In this document: piece by piece, positions 10,419 through 22,159 of the stretch
Position numbering within the stretch: position 1 is the stretch's first letter
Layout of the letters: the number at the start of each line of letters is the position of its first letter
NCBI GenBank assembly: GCA_030652805.1
Contig: JAUSPT010000024.1
Span: forward strand, 37,050-101,049
DNA length: 64,000 nt
Source of the DNA: a bacterium
GTDB taxonomy: Bacteria; JAHJDO01
Direction: 5' to 3'
Position numbers and translations under genes: made by a program
Notes under the pieces: model-generated
Told to the model about the DNA's origin: nothing
The model's input: only the letters and a program-made list of their open reading frames with translations
The model's database searches: none

Positions 10419-12344
10419 TCATTCACGGTGCCTTTTTCCAAGAAGCATAATATCTCGTAGTCCTTCGATACTTTTAGCATGTAACCAGTCTTTGTCAAAG
10501 TTTGCATCTTGAGTAATTTGTGCAATTGCTGATAAAGCGCGCAGATGAAAATTCCTTTCATCACGTGTGCCAACTAATATGAATACAGCATAAACAGGAG
10601 TTGACGATTCTATAAAGTTAATGCCAGCTTCACATCTTACTATAACCAGTTCGAATTTGTGCTTGCCGTCAATAATTATATGTGGAATTGCCAATCCTGG
10701 CTTTATTACTGTTGTTGAAGTTTTCTCCCGCGCAATTAAAGAATCGAGCACTTGCTTTGCGTCCATGTTTAATCTGCTAGCGAGTTTTTCTGCAATAATT
10801 GCGAAGAATTCTTTAAGTGTAACTTGTTTTGTTATATCAATTACTTTGCATCTTTTTACTAATTCGTCAAATCTGTCTTCTATTATTTTGTCCCGTTCTT
10901 TTAGAACTTCGCGTAGCTCAGCTCCTAATGAATCACCTGCAATCTCTTTGGCAGTTATACGCTCAACAATATGTATTAGAGCGGACTTGCGCATGGATAT
11001 CTTGCGAACATAAATCCTATGCCATAAAATACAGGAAAGGATAAAGCTTCCCGTTCCAAGGATTGCTATAGTTCCCATCTTATATATTAGAAACCCATAA
11101 CAGATGATTCCTGCTATTTGTAACCAGGGATACAATGGCGAGCGGAATGTTGGCTTATAATTCAGAATTTTGCTTTCACGCATAACAATGCATGCTAGGA
11201 ACGCAAATATAAATAATACGAGCTGCATGGTGGAGGCTACTTTTACAAGATTTTCAAGATTTAGAAAAAGCATCACTATTATCATGAAAATTCCTGTAAA
11301 TATTATAGAAAAATGTGGTGTGTTAGATCGTTTGTTTATGTTTGCAAGAAATCCTGGCAGAAGATGATCACGACTCATTGCCATAGGAAAACGTGATGCA
11401 GCCAGTATACCCGCGTTGGCAGTAGTAATAAAAGCAAGTATTGCAGCGATTGCCATAACCAAGCTGCCAATTTTACCAAATATTTTATATCCCCCAGTTG
11501 ATATTGGAGTCAGGGAATGCGCCAGTTCATGCTTGTCGAGCAAGCCCACTGTTACAAAAATTGCTAAACCATAAAGAAGCAGTACAACGCAAAATGCCAG
11601 TATCATTCCGTACGGGATGTTCTTTGTTGGATTCTTTACCTCTTCTGCAACACTTGCAACCTTTGTCAATCCACAAAACGATATAAAGACCATACCGGCT
11701 GCTGCAAACAGCGCGTGCTTGTCAGACAGCATAAAAGGAGTGTATCTGTTGACATCAATAAACATTGTTCCGCGAGATATATATAAAACCAATAAACCGA
11801 TGAGCAGAATTACAAAGAAAACCTGAAACCTTCCTGTGAATTTAACGCTTGTCAGGTTGAGAATTATAAAAAACACACAGAATCCTACAGCAATGAGTTT
11901 AATCTGCCAATCTGTGATATTTGGGTTGATCAATGTTGCAAATACACCAATGCCAACTAATGAGAACGCGCTTTTAAGACTGAGCGAAAACCAACTGGCG
12001 AATCCACCCATTGTGCCTGCCGCTGAGCCCATACTTCGCTCAATAAAGAAGTAATCGCCGCCGGCTTTAGGCATAGCTGTAGTCAATTCAGCCTCAGAAA
12101 ATAACGCTGGTAGAATGAGTATGCCTGCCAGAATATAGACTAGAATCACTGCTGGACCAACTTTAGCATAGATCAGTCCAGGAAGGATAAACAGTCCTGA
12201 ACTAATCATTGCGCCAGCAGCGATGCAAAATACGTCAATACCCCTCAGTTGGCGGATTAATCTTTTGCCTTGATTATTATGAGACATAATCTGTATATTA
12301 TACTGCCAAATCTCATAATTGCGAGAACTTTTAGAAAAACGCAA
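10419..12344 (-). CDS. APC-family amino acid permease fused to C-terminal PTS EIIA(Fru/Ntr-type) regulatory domain
   Basis: 12 predicted TM helices with APC motifs (GAMISSGLF..PG), then C-terminal ~150 aa PTS_EIIA_2-like domain (GLAIPHIIIDG...VFILVGTRDE). Start may be the internal MSHNNQ at 12287. Confidence 0.7.
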   Translation of the reverse strand: MRFSKSSRNYEIWQYNIQIMSHNNQGKRLIRQLRGIDVFCIAAGAMISSGLFILPGLIYAKVGPAVILVYILAGILILPALFSEAELTTAMPKAGGDYFFIERSMGSAAGTMGGFASWFSLSLKSAFSLVGIGVFATLINPNITDWQIKLIAVGFCVFFIILNLTSVKFTGRFQVFFVILLIGLLVLYISRGTMFIDVNRYTPFMLSDKHALFAAAGMVFISFCGLTKVASVAEEVKNPTKNIPYGMILAFCVVLLLYGLAIFVTVGLLDKHELAHSLTPISTGGYKIFGKIGSLVMAIAAILAFITTANAGILAASRFPMAMSRDHLLPGFLANINKRSNTPHFSIIFTGIFMIIVMLFLNLENLVKVASTMQLVLFIFAFLACIVMRESKILNYKPTFRSPLYPWLQIAGIICYGFLIYKMGTIAILGTGSFILSCILWHRIYVRKISMRKSALIHIVERITAKEIAGDSLGAELREVLKERDKIIEDRFDELVKRCKVIDITKQVTLKEFFAIIAEKLASRLNMDAKQVLDSLIAREKTSTTVIKPGLAIPHIIIDGKHKFELVIVRCEAGINFIESSTPVYAVFILVGTRDERNFHLRALSAIAQITQDANFDKDWLHAKSIEGLRDIMLLGKRHRE

Positions 12345-12423
12345 GATATTACAAATTAAGGCAATATAATTTGAGAAATATAGTTATGTTAAAGATACAC
12401 TCTCTCAAAAAGGAGTATTAACT

Positions 12424-14118
12424 ATGATGACAGATTTAGAAATTGCACAAGCCGCAAAACTTAAACCAATTCAGGAGATTGCCAAAAATATTGGGCTAAA
12501 AGATGATGAACTAGAATTGTATGGTAAGTACAAGGCAAAAATTATTCTTGAAGTCCAGGATAGGTTACATACACAATCAAATGGTAAGTATATTGATGTA
12601 ACAGCCATTACTCCTACTCCTCTTGGTGAAGGAAAAACTGTTACAACTATTGGCCTGAGTATGGCACTCAACAGAATAGGCAAAAAGACAATTACTGCAA
12701 TAAGACAGCCTTCAATGGGTCCCACATTTGGAATTAAAGGTGGTGCAGCAGGCGGAGGATATTCACAAGTTGTACCTATGGAGGATTTCAATCTTCATCT
12801 TACAGGGGATATACACGCTGTAGGAGTAGCTCATAACCTTCTTGCAGCATTTATTGACAACTCTCTTCAGAAAAAGAATCCATTAAATATAGATCCATTT
12901 AGTATTACATGGCGCCGTGTTGTTGATATCAGCGATAGAGCTCTGAGAAATATTGTAATAGGCCTGGGCGGCAAGATAGATGGAGTTCCTAGGGAAACCG
13001 GTTTTGATATAACTGTAGCTTCAGAAGTTATGGCAATCCTTGCTTTAACAACAGGCTTAAAAGATTTAAGGAAAAGGTTGGGCAGAATAGTAATTGGTTA
13101 CACGAGAGATGAGGAGCCTGTAACAGCGGAAGATCTTAAATGCGCAGGCGCAATGACTGTTCTGATGAAAGACGCGATAAAGCCAACTTTAATGCAGACA
13201 TTAGAGAATACGCCTGTGTTTGTGCATGCAGGTCCATTTGCAAATATTGCACACGGCAATAGTTCTATACTGGCTGACAAAATAGGATTAAAACTTGCTG
13301 ATTATGTAGTAACAGAGAGTGGATTTGGAGCAGATTGCGGAGCAGAAAAATTTCTTAACATCAAATGCCGTTATAGTAAACTAATTCCCGATGCGGCTGT
13401 AATAGTATGTACTGTTAGGGCACTTAAGATGCACAGCGGTGATTTTACAGTTGTTGCTGGAAAACCGCTTGATGAGGGATTAATCAAAGAAAATCTGGAT
13501 GCTATTGAGCGTGGAGCTTGTAATCTGGAGAAACATATTGAAAATATAAAATTGTTTGGAATTCCTGTAGTAGTTGCTGTGAATAGATTCACTACTGATA
13601 CAGATAAAGAAATAGAATTAATAAGAGAAATAGCTAAAGGGGCTGGCGCGGAAGATGCGGTTGAGAGTACTGTGTGGGCTGAAGGAGGTAAGGGAGGAGA
13701 AGAACTTGCAAAGAAAGTTGTTGAAGTTGCAGAGAAACCCAGTAATTTTAAATTTCTATATGATTTAGAACAATCAATAGAAGAGAAGATGACTATCATT
13801 GCAAAAAAGATTTACGGAGCTGATGGGATAGATATTTCTCCTGTGGTTAGAAAGAAGATCCGTATGTATGAAAAAAATGGGCTTGATAAACTACCTATCT
13901 GTATGGCAAAGACACATCTTTCACTTTCTCATGATCCAAAATTAAAGGGAAGACCAAAAGGTTTCACAGTTCCAATAAAAGACATTAGACTATCTGCAGG
14001 AGCAGGTTTTCTTTACCCTCTACTTGGAGACATGCGAACAATGCCAGGACTTCCGACTACCCCTGCTGGTACAAAGGTAGATATTGACAGTACAGGGAAA
14101 ACTGTTGGATTGTTTTAA
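12424..14118 (+). CDS. fhs: formate--tetrahydrofolate ligase
   Basis: [17 protein letters not shown]-loop and full-length FTHFS conservation. Confidence 0.92.
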   Translation: MMTDLEIAQAAKLKPIQEIAKNIGLKDDELELYGKYKAKIILEVQDRLHTQSNGKYIDVTAITPTPLGEGKTVTTIGLSMALNRIGKKTITAIRQPSMGPTFGIKGGAAGGGYSQVVPMEDFNLHLTGDIHAVGVAHNLLAAFIDNSLQKKNPLNIDPFSITWRRVVDISDRALRNIVIGLGGKIDGVPRETGFDITVASEVMAILALTTGLKDLRKRLGRIVIGYTRDEEPVTAEDLKCAGAMTVLMKDAIKPTLMQTLENTPVFVHAGPFANIAHGNSSILADKIGLKLADYVVTESGFGADCGAEKFLNIKCRYSKLIPDAAVIVCTVRALKMHSGDFTVVAGKPLDEGLIKENLDAIERGACNLEKHIENIKLFGIPVVVAVNRFTTDTDKEIELIREIAKGAGAEDAVESTVWAEGGKGGEELAKKVVEVAEKPSNFKFLYDLEQSIEEKMTIIAKKIYGADGIDISPVVRKKIRMYEKNGLDKLPICMAKTHLSLSHDPKLKGRPKGFTVPIKDIRLSAGAGFLYPLLGDMRTMPGLPTTPAGTKVDIDSTGKTVGLF

Positions 14119-14208
14119 TAATTTGAAAAAAGGGCTTGTATTTTTTTTAAACTTAATTAGAATTAGATAAACGTTTGAAAAATTAACTTTGGAAGGAGGT
14201 GTAGAAAT

Positions 14209-14469
14209 ATGTGGAGTTTAATTGGAGGAATAGCTGCTATAGTACTTGGAGCTCTGGGATTAAAAATATGGTGGTTGCTTTTTCTGAAAGGTCTTGCTGC
14301 TACTGTTCCAGCAATATTAGTTCTTGGCGGCATAGCTGCTGTTGCTGCTGGTGTCAGTTCTATTAAAGATGATATTGCGGCTAAAAAGGAGAAGGAGGAA
14401 GAGAAGGAAAAGCCAGCTGCTGAGGAAGTAAAACCAGAGGAGAAAAAGGAAGAAGAGAAAAGCGAATAA
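14209..14469 (+). CDS. small membrane protein with lysine/glutamate-rich C-terminal tail
   Basis: Two hydrophobic helices followed by KKEKEEEKEKPAAEEVKPEEKKEEEKSE; followed by a strong terminator. Confidence 0.45.
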   Translation: MWSLIGGIAAIVLGALGLKIWWLLFLKGLAATVPAILVLGGIAAVAAGVSSIKDDIAAKKEKEEEKEKPAAEEVKPEEKKEEEKSE

Positions 14470-14487
14470 AAATTTTTTATATGGTTA

Positions 14488-14534
14488 AAGGGACAGAGTA
14501 AGTCACAGGACGTGTGATTTATCTGTCCCTTTTA
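14488..14534 (+). terminator. intrinsic terminator
   Basis: 10-bp stem AAGGGACAGA...TCTGTCCCTT, with an inner TCACA/TGTGA stem inside the loop, followed by TTTT. Confidence 0.7.
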
Positions 14535-14626
14535 TTGTGCTTGACATAGCATGCTGTAATTGATATGTTTCCCCTCGATATGTGTCCTGATTTAGGGTAA
14601 CTTACTTAATAGCATAGGAAGAAGTA

Positions 14627-16696
14627 ATGCAAATTGGAGATGTTAAAAAGATAAGAAATATCGGCATTATGGCTCATATTGATGCGGGTAAAACGACAAC
14701 AACAGAAAGAATGCTATTCTTTGCAGGCAGGATACATCGCATAGGCGAAGTTCATGACGGGGCTGCTACAATGGACTGGATGGAACAGGAAAGAGAGAGG
14801 GGAATAACAATCACGTCTGCGGCCACAACATGTATCTGGCGTAAGCATCATATTAATATCATTGACACTCCAGGGCATGTAGATTTCACTGCAGAGGTAG
14901 AACGAAGTCTAAGGGTTTTAGATGGTGCAGTAGCAATATTTTGCGCAGTTGGCGGTGTAGAGCCGCAAACTGAAACTGTATGGAGGCAGTCGGAAAAATA
15001 TAAAATTCCCAAGATTGTCTTTATTAATAAAATGGATAGAATTGGAGCAGATTTTTTTGCTGTACTTGAGATGATAGACAAGAAACTTGGAGTTAACTAT
15101 GTGCCAATTCAGTTGCCTATTGGAAAGGAAGATAATTTTCATGGCATTATAGATATTGTGGAAGAAAAGGCATTTTTCTTCAATCCGGAAGACGCTATGG
15201 AAGAGCCGAAAGAACGAGAAATTCCAGAAGACTATGTAAAGATGACGAAGAAATATAGAAATGAGCTAATAGAAAAACTTGCTGACACAGATGACAGTCT
15301 CATGAATAAATATATTGAAAATCAGCCCATTACAATAGAGGAAATTAAGAATTCTCTTAACAAAGCAACTATAAAATCCGAGATATTCCCTGTGCTGTGC
15401 GGCGCAGCTTTCAAGAACAAGGGAGTCAGGAGGCTTATGGAAGCTGTTGTCGATTACCTGCCAAGTCCAGAAGAGGCCCCCCCTGTAGAAGTTATAGATA
15501 GTGATTCAGGAGAAAAGAGCCTGTTCAGTTTCGGAGAAAAAAAGGATTTATTGGGGCTCGCTTTTAAGATTGCTGTTGACCCTCATATTGGAAAACTTGT
15601 TTATTGCAGAATATATTCGGGTTCAATAAAACAAGGTGAATATGTTTTCAAGGCAGGGTCATCAAAGAAAGAAAGAATATCCCGTATTGTAAAGATGCAC
15701 GCTAATAAAAAAGAAGCTGTGAATAGTCTCAGCGCAGGAGATATAGGAGCAATAATCGGGCCAATGAACATTACTACTGGAGATACAATATGTAAACAAA
15801 ATTCTAATCTTTTTCTCGAGAACATAGAATTTCCAACACCTGTAATTTCAGTGGCAATTGAAGCAAAGAACAAGATTGAGCAAGAGAAACTTTCGGATTC
15901 CATAAGAAAATTATCTAATGAGGACCCGACATTTAATTTCTTTTTTAATGAAGAGACATCCCAAACTATTCTTTCTGGTATGGGTGAACTGCATCTTGAG
16001 ATCCTGGTAGATAGATTAAAGAGGGAGTTTAAAGTGTCTGCGAATGTAGGCAAGCCTAAAGTTGCTTTCAAGGAGACAATAACCAATATTCAGGAAGAAA
16101 AATACAAACATCAGAAGCAAACTGGTGGAAGAGGGCAATTTGCAGAAGTACACATAGAACTAATTCCTGCAAAGAGAGGTGAAGGGTTCGAATTTATTAA
16201 TGATATCAAGCAGGGAGCTATTCCAAGAGAATTTATTCCTGCTGTTGAAAAGGGCTGTATTGAGGCAATGGAAGCAGGAATTTTTGCGGGATATCCTGTA
16301 ATTGATGTAAAAGTAAGATTATTTGACGGAAGATTTCACGAAGTTGACTCTTCTGAAATAGCTTTTAAGGTAGCCGGGTACTATGCATTCAAAAGTGCGT
16401 TTATGAAGGCAGGTCCAAGGCTTGTTGAGCCGATTATGACAGTAGATATATCTACTCCGGAAGAGTATTTTGGTTCAATCATGTCTGATATAACATCAAG
16501 AAGAGGTAAGATAATCCTGATAGAAAAAAAGGCTAAGAGCCAGTTAATAAAGGCTGAGGTTCCGCTTATGGAACTTTTCGGTTACGCTACACAGCTGAGA
16601 TCACTATCACAGGGACGAGCAACAGAGTCTATGCGGTTTGAAAGATATGACAAAGCTCCTCCGCATGTTGTCAGTAAAATAATAGAAGACAATTAA
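14627..16696 (+). CDS. fusA: elongation factor G (likely a second EF-G paralog; not in an rpsL-rpsG operon)
   Basis: [13 protein letters not shown]1 motif, [16 protein letters not shown] domains IV/V ([13 protein letters not shown]). Confidence 0.85.
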   Translation: MQIGDVKKIRNIGIMAHIDAGKTTTTERMLFFAGRIHRIGEVHDGAATMDWMEQERERGITITSAATTCIWRKHHINIIDTPGHVDFTAEVERSLRVLDGAVAIFCAVGGVEPQTETVWRQSEKYKIPKIVFINKMDRIGADFFAVLEMIDKKLGVNYVPIQLPIGKEDNFHGIIDIVEEKAFFFNPEDAMEEPKEREIPEDYVKMTKKYRNELIEKLADTDDSLMNKYIENQPITIEEIKNSLNKATIKSEIFPVLCGAAFKNKGVRRLMEAVVDYLPSPEEAPPVEVIDSDSGEKSLFSFGEKKDLLGLAFKIAVDPHIGKLVYCRIYSGSIKQGEYVFKAGSSKKERISRIVKMHANKKEAVNSLSAGDIGAIIGPMNITTGDTICKQNSNLFLENIEFPTPVISVAIEAKNKIEQEKLSDSIRKLSNEDPTFNFFFNEETSQTILSGMGELHLEILVDRLKREFKVSANVGKPKVAFKETITNIQEEKYKHQKQTGGRGQFAEVHIELIPAKRGEGFEFINDIKQGAIPREFIPAVEKGCIEAMEAGIFAGYPVIDVKVRLFDGRFHEVDSSEIAFKVAGYYAFKSAFMKAGPRLVEPIMTVDISTPEEYFGSIMSDITSRRGKIILIEKKAKSQLIKAEVPLMELFGYATQLRSLSQGRATESMRFERYDKAPPHVVSKIIEDN

Positions 16697-16702
16697 ATTA
16701 AC

Positions 16703-16722
16703 GGGTCAAGCACGCTTGACCC
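16703..16722. terminator. bidirectional hairpin between convergent fusA and the HD-domain gene
   Basis: GGGTCAAG-CACG-CTTGACCC perfect 8-bp stem; weak flanking T/A runs. Confidence 0.4.
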
Positions 16723-16725
16723 CTA

Positions 16726-18177
16726 CTAGATATTTGTAGACAGAGCTTCCCTTGTTCTGAATATTTCTTCAAATGCTCTGACTAGTTTCTTTTTATGTCT
16801 ATAGTCATGAGCGTATATCCTGCAGAGGTAGACTCTGGAAGGCACAAATTCAAATAGCTCCTTTAACGTTTCTTTCTGGACCTTTCCAGACGCAAGCTCG
16901 TATAAGAAAATCTGTTTGTCTCCCATAGCCATGGGATTATCAGGCATTGGATCAAGGGCAGGAATATCTATGCGAAAATCTATCTTATCAGGAGAGAGGT
17001 TTTCCTTTATTTTCGCTTCCAATCTTTCAACATCTGAATAGAAAATATCTGCATAATTTTCTGTATCCTTTAATCTTTCAAATTTCTCATAAACCATTTT
17101 CCACTGCCTTTGTCTCATAAGAATCTTCTCCCATTCTCTGCCAAGCCGGCAGATACTTTGATTTAGGCTGTATTTCCATTTATCTACACTCGCAAACAAT
17201 GACCATTCTGTAAGATATAAATAATCATTGAGATGATTTATAGGATTTTTATTTTCAAAGACCACTTTCATTGTTTCAGAGAATATATCCTTTAAACACA
17301 GATCTATGGACCTTGTAGCTCTGTGGTAATAAACAGCAGAATAAAGACTCAATCTGGCATTAACAAAATTGAGCAATGCTGTCTTCCCAGCTCCATGAAG
17401 CGTTAAACCTTTTGATGATATAAATGTATAGTGCAGAATGCGTTCAAGATCAATAATGCCTCTGGAAAAGCCTGTTATATACGAATCTCTTAATACATAG
17501 TCAAGATTATCTACAGTATATATTCCACTAAAAAGAGGTAGTAAGAATTTAAGCCACTTTGGGAAAGATGAGCGAGTTCTGTCTTTTTTAGGCTTTTCAA
17601 TAAGAAAAGATATGTACAAAGGGTCAATAACCTCACCTTTAGCAAAATCTCCGGATGGACTTCTTTTGATTTTCTTTAATAATGAGGCTAGCTTTGCTTT
17701 TATTATTGTCTTTGATATTGTCTCATGGGAAACATTAAATTGTTTGAGATAATTGTCATCAAAAAAATGTCCGAATGGTCCATGCCCTATATCATGAAGC
17801 AGGCCTGCAAGTCTCATCAGCTCTTCTAGGTAATTACTTGACGGGCAATCCGGACAGACTTTTTTTATTGACGGATATAGATGCAGGGCAAACCTGCCTG
17901 CTACATGCATTGTTCCAAGTGAATGCTGAAATCTGCTGTGCTCAGCTGAAGGAAAAACCCAGAATGCGCTTTGAAGTTGATGTATGCGTCTGAGCCGCTG
18001 TACCCACGGATTATCAATAATATCACGTTCTGTAATCTCTGTTTTATCTTCCTCAGTTGGAGAAGTAAATTTGATGTAATTATGTATAGGGTCGCTTATT
18101 AGATCTATGCCTGAATAAAAAGAATCGTTTTCACCTAGCTCTTTTGTTTCCATTACCTGAGCCTCACATTTTATCAA
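16726..18177 (-). CDS. HD-domain phosphohydrolase, dGTPase/SAMHD1-like
   Basis: HSRFQHSLGTMHV...LLHDIGHGPFGH HD motif typical of dNTP triphosphohydrolases. Confidence 0.75.
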   Translation of the reverse strand: MIKCEAQVMETKELGENDSFYSGIDLISDPIHNYIKFTSPTEEDKTEITERDIIDNPWVQRLRRIHQLQSAFWVFPSAEHSRFQHSLGTMHVAGRFALHLYPSIKKVCPDCPSSNYLEELMRLAGLLHDIGHGPFGHFFDDNYLKQFNVSHETISKTIIKAKLASLLKKIKRSPSGDFAKGEVIDPLYISFLIEKPKKDRTRSSFPKWLKFLLPLFSGIYTVDNLDYVLRDSYITGFSRGIIDLERILHYTFISSKGLTLHGAGKTALLNFVNARLSLYSAVYYHRATRSIDLCLKDIFSETMKVVFENKNPINHLNDYLYLTEWSLFASVDKWKYSLNQSICRLGREWEKILMRQRQWKMVYEKFERLKDTENYADIFYSDVERLEAKIKENLSPDKIDFRIDIPALDPMPDNPMAMGDKQIFLYELASGKVQKETLKELFEFVPSRVYLCRIYAHDYRHKKKLVRAFEEIFRTREALSTNI

Positions 18178-18252
18178 TAGTTACTTTTCTATTAGTATAC
18201 AAACATTCCTTTGTGTGTCAATAATATCAGATGATCACGGATTTCCCAGTTT

Positions 18253-19584
18253 TTACCGGGATAATAAACAGGCTGGAATAAACAGGGCTTGAGTATCGTT
18301 TAACTGTCGGCTGTCAAGGAAATCTTTTGTAACAACCAATGTATTTTTAGCATTTATCTGACTCATGCCACTTTTCATTGCTCTGGGAACCTTTGCCGAT
18401 TTAAGCGGTTGATATTTAACTTCAATAGCCATATCCCTGATTAAAAAGTCTATTTCGGTACCACTGTAAGTCCTCCAAAAGGATACGGGGTTGGCTATAT
18501 CTTGAAGTCCTGCCAGTAGTTGGAATATTACGTTTTCAACCAGATGACCTTTATCTATCCGATCCGATAACGGAAGGAACTGATTAATAAGTGCATTGCG
18601 TATGCCTGTATCATAAAAATATGTTTTAGGTGATTTAATAACTCTTTTCTTCACATTAGAAAAATACGGCGGTATCAAGTCAACTACGAATGTAACCGAA
18701 AGGATATCCAGATACCTCTGCAGGGTGCGATATGTGATTCCAAGGGGAGTAGTAAGTTCAGAATAGACCGTCAGGCTGCCTATTTGACCGGCCAGAATCT
18801 TAATCAACTGAGTAAAAGAGCCCAGATGATCTATATCAAATAGGGTGTGAATATCCTTGCGCAGATAATCATTGATAATACTCTGAAGGCGTTTCTGCTT
18901 AATATCTGCTGAATCGGCCATAACCACGGCTGGGTGACCACCGTAAACAGTATATTCTTCAAAAAGCGGTATCAGTCTCTGTAGAAAAGGTTGTATCGCA
19001 GGAGGCTCTGGCATCCTTTTCCCAAAGATATTTCGCAAACAAAATTTTTCGGTGAGTTCCGATAACTGATGCTCCTGCCTAAAATTGAGAAATTCTTTGA
19101 ATGCAAGAGACTGTAGATGAAATTCCTGTTTCCTACCGGGCAGAGTGTCCTTGAATTTTTTCCGTAATCCGGTAGATGAGGAACCCGAAGCGATTATTTT
19201 TATTTCAGGGTGGTGGTCAACAAGAAGTTTTACCAGTTGAGATGGATTGTCCAAATACTGAATTTCGTCAATGAACAGATAAAGAATACGTTTTGAATGA
19301 AATTTTTTCCCGGCCAGGCGCAAATGTTCTAATAAAGCTGAAACACCGCTATTACAGATTTCCAGGTCGGCAGAAGATTCTAAGTCGAAAAAAGCTATAT
19401 TTTCAAGATTTGCTATTTTAGTCTTAAGTAAATACTGGGCCAGAAGAAACATAAGGCAGCTTTTTCCCACCTGTCTGGAACCAACGATAATAATAGATTC
19501 ACGTTCAGACAACCATGGGATAATTTGTTCCATAATATCTCTTTTGTTTAACTTGCGATTGACGACATCTTCAGTTTTTATCAT
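18253..19584 (-). CDS. AAA+ ATPase with C-terminal DUF4143-like domain
   Basis: Walker A IVGSRQVGKS, Walker B LFIDEIQ; architecture of the widespread archaeal-type predicted ATPase. Confidence 0.7.
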   Translation of the reverse strand: MIKTEDVVNRKLNKRDIMEQIIPWLSERESIIIVGSRQVGKSCLMFLLAQYLLKTKIANLENIAFFDLESSADLEICNSGVSALLEHLRLAGKKFHSKRILYLFIDEIQYLDNPSQLVKLLVDHHPEIKIIASGSSSTGLRKKFKDTLPGRKQEFHLQSLAFKEFLNFRQEHQLSELTEKFCLRNIFGKRMPEPPAIQPFLQRLIPLFEEYTVYGGHPAVVMADSADIKQKRLQSIINDYLRKDIHTLFDIDHLGSFTQLIKILAGQIGSLTVYSELTTPLGITYRTLQRYLDILSVTFVVDLIPPYFSNVKKRVIKSPKTYFYDTGIRNALINQFLPLSDRIDKGHLVENVIFQLLAGLQDIANPVSFWRTYSGTEIDFLIRDMAIEVKYQPLKSAKVPRAMKSGMSQINAKNTLVVTKDFLDSRQLNDTQALFIPACLLSR

Positions 19585-19757
19585 ATTAGTGCCTCCATAG
19601 ACAATTATATCATGGAAAATATTGTTGTCAATGTCAAAAATTTTCTATTAAATAAAAATAATAGATTGTTTTGTAGTAATAAGTTATAATTAAATTTCTA
19701 ACGAGGTTTAGCTGATGGCTTTGCCTACCAAAGAAAGGATTTGGAAGGGAATTAAAA

Positions 19758-21455
19758 ATGGAAGCAAGAAAAACAGGAATTGATATTTTAGGCAATAAGC
19801 CCTGGGGTACACACTTCTGCCAATTTTACCAGACCAAAAATGATTTAATTGATATTCTGGTGCCGTATTTTAAAGCGGGATTAGAAAATAATGAATTTTG
19901 CATGTGGGTTACTTCAGAGCCTCTAAATGTTGAAGAAACAAAGGAATCGTTAAGAAAGGCTGTAAAAGACCTGGATAAGTATATCAAAAAAGGTCAGATA
20001 GAAATACTTGATTACAGCCAGTGGTATACCAAAGCAGGAAAATTCGAACAGGATAGGGTATTACAGGGCTGGGTCAAAAAGGAGAAGGAAGCCATAAAGA
20101 AAGGGTTTGACGGTCTCCGCCTCACAGGCAATACTTTCTGGCTTGAGAAAAAGGACTGGAAGAGTTTTGCTGATTATGAAGAAGTGGTAAACAATGTTAT
20201 AGGTAAATATAAAATGCTCGCAATCTGCACCTATTCCCTTGAAAAGTGCAATCTATTTAAAGTCCTGGATGTAGTCAAAAACCACCAATTCGCTCTCATA
20301 CAGCGTGCAGGTAAATGGGAGATTATTGAAAGCGCCGAGCTCAGGAAGGCGGAGGAGGAGCTAAGGGAAAACGAAGAGAAGTATCGAGACTTGTGGGAGA
20401 ACGTAAATGACCTTATTCAGAGCGTTAAACCAGATGGTACGTTTGTATATGTTAACCGTGCCTGGCGAGAAACTCTTGGGTATAATGAGAAAGAAATCCC
20501 AGATCTCTCGTTGTTGGATATCATTCATCCCGACAGTCATGCGCACTGTATGGAGATATTTAAGCGTTTGTTAGCTGGAGAAAAGGTCGAATACATTGAA
20601 GCTGCGTTCCTGGCCAAGGATGGCAAGACAATTATGGTCGAGGGAAGCGCAAACTGTCGCTTCGTAGATGGCAAGCCTGTTACTACACGCGCTATTTTCC
20701 GTGATGTCACCGAGCGCAAGAAGGTGGAGAAGAGGAAATCGGAATTTCTTTCTCATGTATCCCACGCCTTAAGGACACCCTTGGCTTCGATTAAATCCTT
20801 TGTAGAGATTCTCTTAAAGTACAAAGATGTGAATCCGACCGAACAAAGTGAGTTTCTGACTGTAATTAATAATGAAACTGACCGTTTAACTCGCCTGATA
20901 AATCAACTTTTAGATTTAGACAAGATAGAACAGGACGAGTTAAAATGGAAATTTGTGTCTTGTGATATCTCGAATATAGTTCAGAACGCAATTAGTGAGC
21001 TAGAGCCATTGATACAAGAAAAAAATATTGTAGTTAATATGAATCTTCCTTCTCAGGATTTGATTGTTAATGGAGATAAAGATAGATTAAATGAGGTGTT
21101 CATAAATCTAATAGGCAATGCAATTAAATTTACTCCTAGTAAGAGAGAGATTAGGATAACCGTTAAAAATAAAGGGAAAGTTGTCGAAGTCAGTATAGCT
21201 GATACAGGTATAGGAATACCCAAGGATGAGTTGACCAATATCTTTGAAAGGTTCAAGAGATTAGATAACTCCATTAATAGAAAGCTAACAGGAACAGGTT
21301 TGGGCTTATACATATGCAAGCAAATTATAGAAAAGCATGAAGGTAAGATTTGGGCTGAGAGCCATGGAAGTAAGGGTGCTAAATTTATTTTTGTCTTACC
21401 AAAGTATAAAGCTAAGTCAACTAAAAAGAGAATCGAACCCAAAAGAGGTTCATAG
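19758..21455 (+). CDS. sensor histidine kinase: MEDS domain - PAS - HisKA - HATPase_c
   Basis: N-terminal WGTHFCQFY (MEDS signature), PAS (VNRAWRETLGY), H-box FLSHVSHALRTPL, G-boxes DTGIGI/GTGLGL. Confidence 0.8.
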   Translation: MEARKTGIDILGNKPWGTHFCQFYQTKNDLIDILVPYFKAGLENNEFCMWVTSEPLNVEETKESLRKAVKDLDKYIKKGQIEILDYSQWYTKAGKFEQDRVLQGWVKKEKEAIKKGFDGLRLTGNTFWLEKKDWKSFADYEEVVNNVIGKYKMLAICTYSLEKCNLFKVLDVVKNHQFALIQRAGKWEIIESAELRKAEEELRENEEKYRDLWENVNDLIQSVKPDGTFVYVNRAWRETLGYNEKEIPDLSLLDIIHPDSHAHCMEIFKRLLAGEKVEYIEAAFLAKDGKTIMVEGSANCRFVDGKPVTTRAIFRDVTERKKVEKRKSEFLSHVSHALRTPLASIKSFVEILLKYKDVNPTEQSEFLTVINNETDRLTRLINQLLDLDKIEQDELKWKFVSCDISNIVQNAISELEPLIQEKNIVVNMNLPSQDLIVNGDKDRLNEVFINLIGNAIKFTPSKREIRITVKNKGKVVEVSIADTGIGIPKDELTNIFERFKRLDNSINRKLTGTGLGLYICKQIIEKHEGKIWAESHGSKGAKFIFVLPKYKAKSTKKRIEPKRGS

Positions 21456-21472
21456 AGTAATAGGAGAGATCT

Positions 21473-22159
21473 ATGGCTAAGAGAACAATCTTAGTAGTTG
21501 ATGATGATCCTAATATCATTCAAGCGGTCTCTTTTGTTTTAAAAAAGGAAGGATATATAGTTACTACAGCTGTTGATGGAAAAGAAGCATTTAAAAAAGC
21601 TAAAGAAGAATTACCTCACCTAATTATTCTTGATGTTATGTTACCGAAACTGAGTGGATTTGAGGTCTGTAAACGATTAAAAGCTAATACTCAAACCAGA
21701 AAAATTCGTACTATTATGTTGACTGCTAGGAGTGAAGAAAAGGATAAAAGGTTGGGTGAGAAGTTAGGTGTGAATGCTTATATTACTAAACCTTATAATA
21801 TTGATGAGGTTCTATTTACAGTAAAGAGAGCTATAGAGAAAAAAGAATTACAGAGATCAATTGAAAAAATGAAAAAAGCAGCCTTGGTGGGGTATATGGG
21901 AGAGGCGATGTCTCATGAGATATTTAATCCTTTATCTGTTGTTTCTGGCTCCGTCCAACTTTTAATGAGCAGGATTAAAAAAGGCAAAAAGCTAACTACA
22001 AAAGAATATGAAGATTTCTTTAAAAATATTACTAAAAATGTAGAAAGGTGCATAGAGATTATAAATATTTTTAGGAAATTTTATGCATCTATAGGCATTG
22101 AGATTAAGCCTAGAAATTTAGAAGAAACGTTAAGGGATATATTGGAAGGCAAGATATGA
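21473..22159 (+). CDS. response regulator receiver with C-terminal HisKA-like dimerisation domain (no ATPase domain)
   Basis: ILVVDDDPN...LIILDVMLPKLSGFEV receiver; C-terminal EAMSHEIFNPLSVVSGSVQLL H-box-like. Confidence 0.7.
   Translation: MAKRTILVVDDDPNIIQAVSFVLKKEGYIVTTAVDGKEAFKKAKEELPHLIILDVMLPKLSGFEVCKRLKANTQTRKIRTIMLTARSEEKDKRLGEKLGVNAYITKPYNIDEVLFTVKRAIEKKELQRSIEKMKKAALVGYMGEAMSHEIFNPLSVVSGSVQLLMSRIKKGKKLTTKEYEDFFKNITKNVERCIEIINIFRKFYASIGIEIKPRNLEETLRDILEGKI

Noticed and set aside
10263-10460. Plus-strand 65-aa ORF
   Set aside because: Lies entirely across the tRNA-Arg/tRNA-Ser genes; translation is tRNA sequence read as protein
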